Positions 46,286 through 59,081 of a stretch of DNA of 64,000 nt are shown here, piece by piece. The position numbers and the translations under genes were made by a program. The notes under the pieces were generated by a model, which made no database searches, was not told where the DNA came from, and worked only from the letters and a program-made list of their open reading frames with translations. The number at the start of each line of letters is the position of its first letter. Position 1 is the first letter of the stretch. Where the stretch lies: positions 12,214,001-12,278,000 of the forward strand of contig CATNEN010000038.1 of assembly GCA_950097015.1 (NCBI GenBank). The letters run 5' to 3'. The stretch comes from Macrostomum hystrix. Its lineage: Eukaryota; Animalia; Platyhelminthes.

Positions 46286-48104
46286 TCTTCTTCTTCTTCT
46301 TCTTCCGTCCTTTTATCGCCGGGATGGCGTGGATCCGGACATCCAGACTCGCACACTCTCTGGTGTCTGGCCATGTTGGTTTTGGCCAACACTCTGCCGC
46401 AACTCGGGCATGGTTCCCTGGTGCTGCGGTAAATCCTCGCCACCGTTTCAACCGTTTCGACGGGCTCCAACCTCTCCTCCGCCGCATCGACCCGGACGCT
46501 TACTACCTTGCATGTTTTCTGGTGCCGTGCGAAATTCGATTTGCTGCGCCAAATTCCGAACCGTGCGCACAGGACCCGGTTCTCCTTCCGTATGTCACCT
46601 TGGCAGCTCTTGATGTAGTTCTCTCTCGTGGCTTCTGAGGAGAACGTTGTCTGGCATTTTGGGCATGGTAGCTTCGTCCTTTCGAAGATATGATGCATCC
46701 GTCTTTGGTGAATCGCCTCCAGTTGTGTTTGCCATTCCCTTTTTACCTTTTCCGCTGTCTTTTCATAGTATTTCTTGCGGGTTTCCGCGTCCCTCAGCTT
46801 TTCCCAGGCTATGGCCTGTTTTCTGTTTTTTTGTTTTTGTGATGTGGTCTTTGTTATGTGGCGCGTACTTTTCGGTGCTCTTTTTGTGGAGCGTGATCAC
46901 CTTTGGAAGGTGGTCCGACCATTCGGTTTGGTGGTCAGTGCGGATTTTCTTGGTGATTCTCGATCGTTGTTCTCGCTTTAGTACAAAACCGTCCAGTTCA
47001 TACCACACCTTCGATGCGGGGTTCTTCCACGTCCCTTGCTTTCGCTGCGGGTAGAAAGAACTCGCCCACACCAGGTCTAGACTCGCGAGCCAAAGCAGGT
47101 CTTCTCCTTGTTGGTTGGTGCTTCCGAGTCCGAAACTACCGGCACTGCCATACTCTCGAGACACTCTCTGCCCAATGTTCGCGTTGAAGTCGCCTCCGAT
47201 GACCAACATAGCTCTTCGTGCAGTGGAACCTACTAGTGGTTCCACCTCGGTTTTGATTGTTTCGAGGTCCCGCTCGTAGTTTGAGTTTCCCTTTACAGGT
47301 TGGTAGATTGGCATTAGCACACATTTTCCTATTTCTAAAGCCAGCGTGCGTTCTGTTGGGTGCATCCTTCTTCCGCCACTTGTCCAGATTTCCCACGCCA
47401 GTTCGTTGAGTAGGATGTCAACTTTGTGTGAGTACACGAGATACTTCTCTTTACCATCCGGGTAGTACTTTCGGATACCGGTCGCTTGTGTTTCAAGTTC
47501 GGTGAACAAGGTCACGTCCCATTTCCTTACCGCGTACTTGACCATCTCTCCAAATCTGCTGGAGCCCAGGTTGGCTCGTCTCGCGTTCCATGTCGCCACT
47601 TTGATTTCTTCGGTTCCCCAATTCTTTTCTGCCTCTTTGCGCTTATCGATTCTTTTGCGTTCACGTTTGCGTCTCCTCCTGTCCACCTGCCGTCTCTGTC
47701 GAGCGGTTCTCTGTGCCTCGGTTCTTGGTCCAGGGTTTTTTTCGACGATCGTTAGCGCCGCTTTTATTTCGCTGTCTCTTCGACGTTCCTCCTCCCCACT
47801 CTCTATTTTTGGTTGTTTTAGAGTTTTTTTGTCGTTCTTCTTCCGTCTTCGGTTTTGGTGTTCTTAGCCTGTTCGCTCTACGAGCTCGTACTTCTCCTCT
47901 GTTGTCCGGTTGACCTTACTGTTGTTTTTGGAGATGCTCGGTTTGGTCACTTCCGGGCCGCTCCGTTGAAGGAAGGTTTGCCTACAGAACCCAGTTGTTA
48001 CTCTGAGTCTGTAGGCCTCTCTCCCCCCCAGGACTTCTTCTTTGCCAGCCTGGTCCAGGCTGCCCGCTCGGCACTGGCGCGGAAGTGAGAAGTCTTGGCC
48101 TGGC
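46286..48104 (-). mobile_element. Internally deleted RTE-like non-LTR retroelement: AP endonuclease and three C2HC zinc fingers, no RT, (GAA)n tail
   Basis: APE motifs VATWNAR, LFTE, IYQP, GGDFNA, ELDGF, WSDHLP (46763-47686); CPKC, (C)ARF...RHQKTC and CPSC...RHQRVC; (GAA)6 at 46286-46303; no YADD-type motif. Confidence 0.82.
48033..48104 (-). ncRNA. Candidate HDV-like self-cleaving ribozyme at the retroelement 5' end
   Basis: P1 GCCAGGC, J1/2 CAAG, P2 ACTTCTC, P3 ACT, L3 TCCGCGCC, P3' AGT, P1' GCCGAGC, GG (P1.1), P4 CAGCCTG-GAC-CAGGCTG, J4/2 GCAAA, P2' GAAGAAGT. P1 has 2 mismatches. Confidence 0.7.
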
Positions 48105-48811
48105 GATTAGCCTTTATAGTATATTAATACCCATGCTTTAAGGCTTTAATGGGTAATACCATAGATATAATATACATGTATATAAGATATATGGGTATTA
48201 CTGTTATTGCGCCATAGACAAATTTGCCTCAGTGGCCTATCTAGAAAGTAGAATAAGGCCCTCTGACAATGTGTTCTATGGCAAAAAGCCCTCTGACTTT
48301 CTTTTCCATAGAACACAAAATTAGAGGGCGTTCTAATAAATCTAATAAAATATAGTCCTAGTCCTTAAATTGTTTCTCAGTCCTCGTTTTTAGGCAAATA
48401 AAACCAATACAATAGGTTGTTAAGCATTCTACAGAAAATCGTTTTAGCGGTTTAAAAGCAAAGTAATTGTACAAAACGGTCATTGTTAACCAGTGCATTA
48501 CAATGCCTCTTATGCACTATAATTTGGCGTTTAAAAGAACTGGCATTCTAAAGCATGAGAACGTTTGGAAAAGGTGGGAAGATGAAGCCAAAGTAAAGCG
48601 AATCGCCAGGGGGAAAAAGCAGCAGATTTTTTAAGGAAAAAATCAAGCGTCACAAATAGACCAGTCGGCTAGAGAAAATTAGGCTTGAATAATAAAAGGT
48701 ATAATAAAGAAAAAAGTCACTTAAAGTTGTGAAAGATTATAGAAAATTAAGCACGAAGCATTTTGTCTTTTGCATTGGGTGATTCGGTGCTATCGGCACA
48801 GTCAGTGGCAG

Positions 48812-48985
48812 TCTGTTAGACAGGCGCCAAATCCGTTAGACAGGCGCCAAATCTGTTAGACAGGCGCCAAATCTGTTAGACAGGCGCCAAATCTGTTAGA
48901 CAGGCGCCAAATCTGTTAGACAGGCGCCAAATCTGTTAGACAGGCGCCAAATCTGTTAGACAGGCGCCAAATCTGTTAGACAGGT
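48812..48985. repeat. 20-bp minisatellite (TCTGTTAGACAGGCGCCAAA) x ~8.5
   Basis: Tandem copies seen directly, downstream of the stathmin-like stop. Confidence 0.95.
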
Positions 48986-49173
48986 ATAAACCTGTCACAC
49001 AAGCCGAACACGGCGGCCACTGACTGGGGGCCCATAAATGGCAGCAATAGAAAGCGAGTGAATTTTAGTGCAGACATTGCAGAAAGAGCAGCAATCAAAA
49101 AAATCATCGTCAAGTCAGCACGATTAATTTTCGCAATGAACTACTTTCAGTAGCTGCAAATTGACGATTGTGC

Positions 49174-49592
49174 TCAGTCGGTTGGTTCGCAGCCCTCCGG
49201 TGGGTCGCTCTCGCTCGCTCGCTTCTTCCTCTCTTCGGCCACCTTCTCGACCTTCTCGTTGTGCTGACTGACGCGCTTCAGCATGTCCTCCTCCATTTTC
49301 TACAGGAAATATAAAAAGGGTATTAAAATATTATTATTTCTACATATTTCAGCAGACAGTCACAAATAGTTTTTGAGTTTGAAATTTCTATTGGACTTCT
49401 CTGGATCTTCACCTTTCTGCGCTCCTCAGCCTCCTGTAGCCGCTTTTCGATCTCCTCCGGCGTCAGGTTCCGATCCTCCAGCCGTTCCTCCAGGTGGTGC
49501 GGTTTGCCGCTGCGCGGGGAAATATTCTCCTCGTCGACGGAGACCTCGAAAGCGACGCCGCCGCTGTGCTGCTGCTGCTGATCGTCAGACAT
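49174..49592 (-). CDS. Short stathmin-like protein (~100 aa); exons 49592-49413 and 49299-49174
   Basis: SGGVAFEV, SPR phosphosite and LTPEEIEKRLQEAEERRK match stathmin; the second exon KMEEDMLKRVSQHNEKVEKV is in frame. Confidence 0.82.
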
Positions 49593-50085
49593 TCTAGCTT
49601 CTCTTCTTGGCGTTAGTTTTCAGGGCTTGCGGATGGCCTCGTCAGATAAAATCAACTGAAAACTGCTCGGTCTGACAGTTTGCCTCTACATACCATTCCG
49701 CTGGGGTTGGCTCACCCAGACCAGCTCCCTGCTCAAACCCCCATCCTGCTGAGTACAGCTTCATCCCTGCCCTAACCAACTCTATCCTCCCAGCATGAAC
49801 AGATCTTCCGTACTGAGCCAGCTATATACAGCAACAGGACTTGAGATGTGCTCAGAACGGCCGGGCGAGGGGATGGGCGCCGCCAAAAAAATTGATTTCT
49901 CCCTGCCCCCACCACCACTACCCTCCTGACTCAAGCCCCCTTTCAATGCCAGCCACTCTCACTTGCGCTGTGTCTTGGCTGGGAGCAAAGCCTAACTAAT
50001 GCTATTGCTTTCATGCAGAAGTTGCATGATATTTTGTGACAGGAAAAATTGTGGTGTGTCCGCCTTTTATAAAACTCTTGTCAAG

Positions 50086-51930
50086 TCTCATCCACTCATA
50101 ATGATCTCATCCACTCATAATGATCTCATTCACTCATAATGATCTCATCCACTAATAATGATCGCATTCACTCATAATGATCTCATGAACTCACTATGAT
50201 CTCATGCACTCATAATGATCTCATTCACTCACTATGATCTCATACAATCATAATGATCTCGTTCACTCATAATGATCTCGTTCACTCATAATGATCTCAT
50301 CCACTAATAATGATCGCATTCACTCATAATGATCTCATGAACTCACTATGATCTCATGCACTCATAATGATCTCATTCACTCATAATGATCTCATGAACT
50401 CACTATGATCTCATACAATCATAATGATCTCGTTCACTCATAATGATCTCATTCACTCACTATGATCTCATACAATCATAATGATCTCATTCACTCATAA
50501 TGATCTCATCCACTCATAATGATCTCATCCACTCATAATGATCTCATTCACTCATAATGATCTCATCCACTCATAATGATCTCATTCACTAATAATGATC
50601 TCATCCACTCATAATGATCTCATTCACTAATAATTATCTCATTCACTCATAATGATCTCATCCACTAATAATTATCTCATTCACTCATAATGATCTCATC
50701 CACTCATAATGATCGCATTCACTCATAATGATCTCATCCACTCATAATGATCTCATCCACTCATAATGATCTCATCCACTCATAATGATCTCATTCACTC
50801 ATAATGATCTCATCCACTCATAATGATCTCATTCACTTATAATGATCTCATCCACTCATAATGATCTCATTCACTAATAATGATCTCATCCACTCATAAT
50901 GATCTCATCCACTAATAATTATCTCATTCACTCATAATGATCTCATTCACTAATAATGATCGCATTCACTCATAATGATCTCATTCACTAATAATGATCT
51001 CATCCACTCATAATGATCTCATCCACTAATAATTATCTCATTCACTCATAATGATCTCATTCACTAATAATGATCGCATTCACTCATAATGATCTCATCC
51101 ACTCATAATGATCTCATCCACTCATAATGATCTCATTCACTCATAATGATCTCATCCACTCATAATGATCTCATTCACTAATAATGATCTCATCCACTCA
51201 TAATGATCTCATTCACTAATAATTATCTCATTCACTCATAATGATCTCATCCACTAATAATTATCTCATTCACTCATAATGATCTCATCCACTCATAATG
51301 ATCGCATTCACTCATAATGATCTCATCCACTCATAATGATCTCATCCACTCATAATGATCTCATTCACTCATAATGATCTCATCCACTCATAATGATCTC
51401 ATTCACTAATAATGATCTCATCCACTCATAATGATCTCATTCACTAATAATGATCTCATCCACTCATAATGATCTCATCCACTAATAATTATCTCATTCA
51501 CTCATAATGATCTCATCCACTCATAATGATCTCATTCACTAATAATTATCTCATTCACTCATAATGATCTCATCCACTAATAATTATCTCATTCACTCAT
51601 AATGATCTCATCCACTCATAATGATCTCATCCACTCATAATGATCGCATTCACTCATAATGATCTCATCCACTCATAATGATCTCATCCACTCATAATGA
51701 TCTCATTCACTCATAATGATCTCATCCACTCATAATGATCTCATTCACTTATAATGATCTCATCCACTCATAATGATCTCATTCACTAATAATGATCTCA
51801 TCCACTCATAATGATCTCATCCACTAATAATTATCTCATTCACTCATAATGATCTCATTCACTAATAATGATCGCATTCACTCATAATGATCTCATTCAC
51901 TCATAATGATCGCATTCACTTATAATGATC
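50086..51930. repeat. 19-bp satellite (TCTCATCCACTCATAATGA) x ~95
   Basis: Tandem copies seen directly. Confidence 0.97.
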
Positions 51931-52299
51931 AAAATATTGTAATAAAACTCGCAATTTATCGAGATAAAAACTTGAGACCTTGAAAATAGGCGGCACTCAA
52001 TAGAATATATTTTGAGATTTTAATTTCTGACAGCATTAAAATTGCTTTAAAACCATTGCTGAAGCTCGGCATCGATTATATAATTTTTGTGTTGCAAGAA
52101 AAGAGGAAAAGATTAGTAAACTACTTTTAGTAGCTAGCTAGTTGACAACGTCATCATGGCAAGTTGATCAGTCATCGGACGATTGAGTTGGCCGCCTGCG
52201 GTCGGATTTCACGGCTTTTTGCAATTTGAGATATTTTATTGTCAACGCAGCACTGTCTATTTACCTGGCTCCTTTGATCCGTGTCCCAAGTTATCTCTG

Positions 52300-52323
52300 C
52301 CTCTGTCTCTGTCTGTCTGTCTT

Positions 52324-52364
<41 letters not shown>

Positions 52365-53840
52365 GAGACCCATCACAGCCTCTCACACACAGATCACAGC
52401 CTCTCACACACACCCATCACAGCCTCACACACACACCCATCACAGCCTCTCACACACACCAATCACAGCCTCTCACACACCCATCACAGCCTTACACACA
52501 CCCATCACAGCCTGTCACACACCCATCACAGCCTCTCACACACAGATCACAGCCTCTCACACACACCCATCACAGCCTCACACACACACCCATCACAGCC
52601 TCTCACACACACCAATCACAGCCTCTCACACACCCATCACAGCCTTACACACACCCATCACAGCCTGTCACACACCCATCACAGCCTCTCACACACCCAT
52701 CACAGCCTGTCACACACCCATCACAGCCTCTCACACACCCATCACAGCCTGTCACACACCCATCACAGCCTCTCACACACCCATCACAGCCTGTCACACA
52801 CCCATCACAGCCTCTCACACACCCATCACAGCCTGTCACACACCCATCACAGCCTCTCACACACCCATCACAGCCTCTCACACACACCCATCACAGCCTC
52901 TCACACACCCATCACAGCCTCTCACACACACCCATCACAGCCTCTCACACACACCCATCACAGCCCCTCACACACACCCATCACAGCCTCTCACACACAC
53001 CCATCACAGCCCCTCACACACACCCATCACAGCCTCTCACACACCCATCACAGCCTCTCACACACACCCATCACAGCCTCTCACACACACCCATCACAGC
53101 CCCTCACACACACCCATCACAGCCTCTCACACACACCCATCACAGCCTCTCACACACCCATCACAGCCTCTCACACACCCATCACAGCCTCTCACACACA
53201 CCCATCACAGCCTCTCACACACCCATCACAGCCTCTCACACACCCATCACAGCCTCACACACACCCATCACAGCCTCTCACACACCCATCACAGCCTCTC
53301 ACACACCCATCACAGCCTCTCACACACCCATCACATCCTCTCACACACCCATCACAGCCTCTCACACACACCCATCACATCCTCTCACACACCCATCACA
53401 GCCTCTCACACACACCCATCACAGCCCCTCACACACACCCATCACAGCCTCTCACACACCCATCACAGCCTCTCACACACACCCATCACAGCCTCTCACA
53501 CACACCCATCACAGCCCCTCACACACACCCATCACAGCCTCTCACACACACCCATCACAGCCTCTCACACACCCATCACAGCCTCTCACACACCCATCAC
53601 AGCCTCTCACACACACCCATCACAGCCTCTCACACACCCATCACAGCCTCTCACACACCCATCACAGCCTCACACACACCCATCACAGCCTCTCACACAC
53701 CCATCACAGCCTCTCACACACCCATCACAGCCTCTCACACACCCATCACATCCTCTCACACACCCATCACAGCCTCTCACACACACCCATCACATCCTCT
53801 CACACACCCATCACAGCCTCTCACACACACAGATCACATC
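52300..53840. repeat. (TCTG)n microsatellite (52300-52363) followed by a 21/23-bp CA-rich minisatellite (CCCATCACAGCCTCTCACACA[CA])
   Basis: Tandem copies seen directly; unit length varies by one CA. Confidence 0.97.
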
Positions 53841-54301
53841 CTTACAAAGTATGGGCCAGAAACTTTTTGAAAGCCCAATAATTTCGCAAACAGAATTTAA
53901 ACATACATTTAAATATTTTCACACAACCGTGCATGTACAAATGTTTATCCAAGTAAATTAACAGAAATGTCATGAAAATGTTTTGCACTGTACCCAAAGT
54001 GTAGCAACTGAACATGCAGCAAGAGCTGCATGCATATATTTAAATTTTTGATATTTAAATTGCGGAAAAACGATGCAGCCTTTCGTTTTTACTTTTCGAG
54101 TTTGACTTGGTCTCTAACTCGCCCTGCAAACACGCAGCAATGCTGGATAAAGCTAAGATGAAGCACGAACTGCAGTTGATATCAATCGCTGGCACTGAAG
54201 GCCTACCTGAGGGCAAATAAATTTGACTTCCAAAGTTGCCAGGTACATATTTCAGGTCATTGTGTGTTGTTTTATCTTAATAGTCTTACTAGCCAGCAAT
54301 A

Positions 54302-55875
54302 ATGAAGGCTTTGCTAGCGATGGCAGTTGTGTATCAGTTTCTCATTGTCCGCAGTCCGGCTGTTCGATGTCAATTATCGGCGAATGACAGTCAGCGGAAT
54401 TCAGCCGGCTGCGCGTTCTGCGTCACGCTGACGGACAATCGAGGCGCTGCGGAATCGGCTGAGGTGAAGAACATGAGTTAATTAGTCTTCATTGGATGAA
54501 TGCGGCAAGCAGCTAGAATCGTAGCAGGAAACCCAGCTAGAATCGTAGCAGGAACCCCAGCTAGAATCGTAGCAGGAACCCCAGCTAGAATCGTAGCAGG
54601 AACCCCAGCTAGAATCGTAGCAGGAACCCCAGCTAGAATCGTAGCAGGAACCCCAGCTAGAATCGTAGCAGGAACCCCAGCTAGAATCGTAGCAGGAACC
54701 CCAGCTAGAATCGTAGCAGGAACCCCAGCTAGAATCGTAGCAGGAACCCCAGCTAGAATCGTAGCAGGAACCCCAGCTAGAATCGTAGCAGGAACCCCAG
54801 CTAGAATCGTAGCAGGAACCCCAGCTAGAATCGTAGCAGGAACCCCAGCTAGAATCGTAGCAGGAACCCCAGCTAGAATCGTAGCAGGAACCCCAGCTAG
54901 AATCGTAGCAGGAACCCCAGCTAGAATCGTAGCAGGAACCCCAGCTAGAATCGTAGCAGGAACCCCAGCTAGAATCGTAGCAGGAACCCCAGCTAGAATC
55001 GTAGCAGGAACCCCAGCTAGAATCGTATGGAGAGCCGCAGCTATGAATCGTAGCAGGATTCGCAGCTAGAAGGCAAGCAGGAACCGCGCTAGAATCGTAG
55101 CAGGAACCCCAGCTAGAATCGTAGCAGAATCGGCAGCTAGAAATAAAGCAGGAACCCCAGCTAGAATCGTATCAAGAACCGCATCTAAAATCGTAGCAGG
55201 ATCCGCAGCTAGAATCGTAGCAGGATCCGCAGCAAGAAGGCAAGCAGGAATCGCAGCTAGAATCGTAGCAGGAACCCCAGCTAGAATCGTATCAAGAACC
55301 GCAGCTAGAATCGTAGCAGGATCCGCAGCAAGAAGGCAAGCAGGAATCGCAGCTAGAATCGTAGCAGGAACCCCAGCTAGAATCGTATCAAGAACCGCAG
55401 CTAGAATGCAAGCAGGAACCGCAGCAGGAGTCACCCTTGGCCCATCTTTCATTTGCAGTTGAAGCTGTGCTCTCTCCCAATCTCCCAGTTTGAGCAGCAA
55501 ATGTCACTTGAGTACTTCGACTCATTCAGCTTCAATGGCTCAATCGATGCTGCTCAATTAGATGAGATTAGCGCAAAACGACTCACTAAGCTCTGCTTGA
55601 TTGGCTGCTACAATACGAGAGTCGAACCTGTGACCGCCTGCTTTTACAACACAGTCTCAACAGTGGACATTACCACAGATCTGGCAGGTGGCAGTCAGCT
55701 TGAAAGGGCGGTGATCAGCAACATGACCTACCAATGCTGCTCTGATGACTATTGCAACAGCCGCGAATATCGAAAACCTTCAGGAGCTGCTGAGTGCTCT
55801 ACGGTGGGAACTGGGCTGCTCACTTTGAGCATAGCATTGGGCTGCGTTTCATTCGGCGCAATAGCTCAATTTTGA
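54302..55875 (+). CDS. Ly6/three-finger-like (Sleepless/Quiver-type) protein, probably GPI-anchored; exons 54302-54463 and 55459-55875
   Basis: Signal peptide MKALLAMAVVYQFLIV, CAFC, C-terminal CCSDDYCN, then SGA and a hydrophobic tail; phase-0 splice. Confidence 0.75.
54510..55428. repeat. 24-bp minisatellite (GCTAGAATCGTAGCAGGAACCCCA), perfect to ~55027 then degenerate; fills the Ly6 intron
   Basis: Tandem copies seen directly. Confidence 0.96.
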
Positions 55876-55915
55876 CAACTTCTTTTGGCTCTGACAGTCA
55901 GGACCAATGAACTGT

Positions 55916-58336
55916 ACTGTCTATCTCTCTATCTAACTGTCTACTTCTCTATCTAACTGTCTACTTCTCTATCTAACTGTCTACTTCTCTATCTAACTGT
56001 CTACTTCTCTATCTAACTGTCTACTTCTCTGTCTAACTGCCTACTTCTCTATCTAACTGTCTACTTCTCTAACTAACAGCCTACTTCTCTGTCTAACAGT
56101 CTAATTCTCTATCTAACTGTCTACTTCTCTGTCTAACTGCCTACTTCTCTATCTAACAGTCTACTTCTCTATCTAACTGTCTACTTCACTATCTAACTGT
56201 CTACTTCTCTATCTAACTGTCTACTTCTCTATCTAACTGTCTACTTATCTATCTAACTGTCTACTTCTCTATCTAACTGTCTACTTCTCTGTCTAACTGC
56301 CTACTTCTCTATCTAACTGTCTACTTCTCTAACTAACAGCCTACTTCTCTGTCTAACAGTCTACTTCTCTATCTAACTGTCTACTTCTCTATCTAACTGT
56401 CTACTTCTCTATCTAACTGTCTACTTCACTATCTAACTGTCTACTTCTCTATCTAACTGTCTACTTCTCTATCTAACTGTCTACTTATCTATCTAACTGT
56501 CTACTTCTCTATCTAACTGTCTACTTCTCTGTCTAACTGCCTACTTCTCTATCTAACTGTCTACTTCTCTGTCTAACTGCCTACTTCTCTATCTAACTGT
56601 CTACTTCTCTAACTAACAGCCTACTTCTCTGTCTAACAGTCTACTTCTCTATCTAACTGTCTACTTCTCTATCTAACTGTCTACTTCTCTATCTAACTGT
56701 CTACTTCTCTATCTAACTGTCTACTTCTCTATCTAACTGTCTACTTCTCTGTCTAACTGCCTACTTCTATATCTAACTGTCTACTTCTCTAACTAACAGC
56801 CTACTTCTCTAACTAACAGCCTACTTCTCTGTCTAACAGTCTACTTCTCTATCTAACTGTCTACTTCTCTATCTAACTGTCTACTTCTCTGTCTAACTGC
56901 CTACTTCTCTATCTAACAGTCTACTTCTCTATCTAACTGTCTACTTCACTATCTAACTGTCTACTTCTCTATCTAACTGTCTACTTCTCTATCTAACTGT
57001 CTACTTATCTATCTAACTGTCTACTTCTCTATCTAACTGTCTACTTCTCTGTCTAACTGCCTACTTCTCTATCTAACTGTCTACTTCTCTAACTAACAGC
57101 CTACTTCTCTGTCTAACAGTCTACTTCTCTATCTAACTGTCTACTTCTCTATCTAACTGTCTACTTCTCTGTCTAACTGCCTACTTCTCTATCTAACAGT
57201 CTACTTCTCTATCTAACTGTCTACTTCTCTATCTAACTGTCTACTTCTCTATCTAACTGTCTACTTCTCTGTCTAACTGCCTACTTCTCTATCTAACAGT
57301 CTACTTCTCTATCTAACTGTCTACTTCACTATCTAACTGTCTACTTCTCTATCTAACTGTCTACTTCTCTATCTAACTGTCTACTTATCTATCTAACTGT
57401 CTACTTCTCTATCTAACTGTCTACTTCTCTGTCTAACTGCCTACTTCTCTATCTAACTGTCTACTTCTCTAACTAACAGCCTACTTCTCTGTCTAACAGC
57501 CTACTTCTCTATCTAACTGTCTACTTCTCTATCTAACTGTCTACTTCTCTATCTAACTGTCTACTTCTCTAACTTACGGTCTACTTCTCTATCTAACTGT
57601 CTACTTCTCTATCTAACTGTCTACTTCTCTAACTAACAGTCTACTTCTCTATCTAACTGTCTACTTCTCTATCTAACGGTCTACTTCTCTAACTGACGGT
57701 CTACTTCTCTATCTAACTGTCTACTTCCCTATCTAACTGTCTACTTCTCTAACTAACTGTCTACTTCTCCATCTAACAGTCTACTTCTCTAACTAACAGT
57801 CTACTTCTCTATCTAATTTTCTACTTCTCTATCTATCTGTCTACTTCTCTAACTAACAGTCTACTTCTCTAACTAACAGTCTACTTCTCTATCTAACAGT
57901 CTACTTCTCTAACTAACAGTCTACTTCTCTATCTAACAGTCTACTTCTCTAACTAACAGTCTACTTCTCTATCTAACAGTCTACTTCTCTATCTAACAGT
58001 CTACTTCTCTATCTAACGGTCTACTTCTCTATCTAAACAGCCTAATTCTCTATCTAACAGTCTACTTCTCTATCTAACGGTCTACTTCTCTATCTAAACA
58101 GCCTAATTCTCTATCTAACAGTCTACTTCTCTAACTAACTGTCTACTTCACACACACACACACAGTTACTGTGTGTCACTGTCACTTAGATGGGTAGTAG
58201 ACTTCTCTATCTAACAGTCTACTTCTCTAACTAACGGTCTACTTCTCTATCTAAATGTCTACTTCTCTAACTAACAGTCTACTTCTCTATCTATCTGTCT
58301 ACTTCTCTATTTATCTGTCTACTTCTCTATCTAAAT
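55916..58336. repeat. 20-bp satellite (CTACTTCTCTATCTAACTGT) x ~115 with recurring variant blocks
   Basis: Tandem copies seen directly; short interruption at ~58150-58200. Confidence 0.97.
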
Positions 58337-59081
58337 AGTCGAATTCTCATTCTACAACTCTACTTCTCATTCCAGCGGTGTACATCTAGTACTAACAGTA
58401 TTTTTATCAATTCGGCAGTCAATTTTTCAAATACTTTGTTTCCATGAAAAACCTATCTTTACAAAGAAGTTTGTATCTATCAATAAACCCCGACCCCTGA
58501 CTTCATGATAAAACAATAACCTAGCTGAGATGAACGTTTTTTAATCATGGAATGCATAAAATTTGAACTTCACAGTGTTAAGTGCAGCGGTACTGTAATG
58601 CAAGTTGCAATCACTGTTTTAATTAGCATTTTCTAAACTGTCAATCAACGCTCAATAACGTCTCTGTCCTTGTGAATACGAGTCCAATAAAACTGTTGTA
58701 AAAACAACGCAAGGAGCCAGAAAAATAAACAAAACGATTTCTTCTTGACTGTTTATAGTTTCTTAAAATTAATACTTAAAATTAATAAATAACATCTTAA
58801 CAGGAATACAGATTTTGTTTTACAGCAGGAAACCTAGCTAACTTTCTACTATTTTAATTTACTGAACTGTAGAATAGAACAGCTATAGTTTACGCTCGTT
58901 CTAAAGTTAAACAAATTCTTAATAAATATTAGATCTATAATTTTTATGCCTTAGTTTTTTAATTATCAAAATTCTTCAACCTAATTTTTACATCAAGTAC
59001 AAGTACTATTACTATAAGTAGTTACATTGCCGGCAGTTATATTCGTTGATTTTTTCTTCCGTAATTTTTAAGTAGCATCTA

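Noticed and set aside
48257-48329. Small inverted repeats (also ~15496-15520 and ~14938-14962)
   Set aside because: Isolated hairpins with no second copy or TSD in the window.
52183-53961. Long His/Thr/Pro-rich ORFs (592 and 529 aa)
   Set aside because: Translation of a CA-rich minisatellite that is open in several frames.
54500-55500. PARIVAGT repeat ORFs
   Set aside because: Stop-free reading of an intronic 24-bp repeat within the Ly6-like gene.
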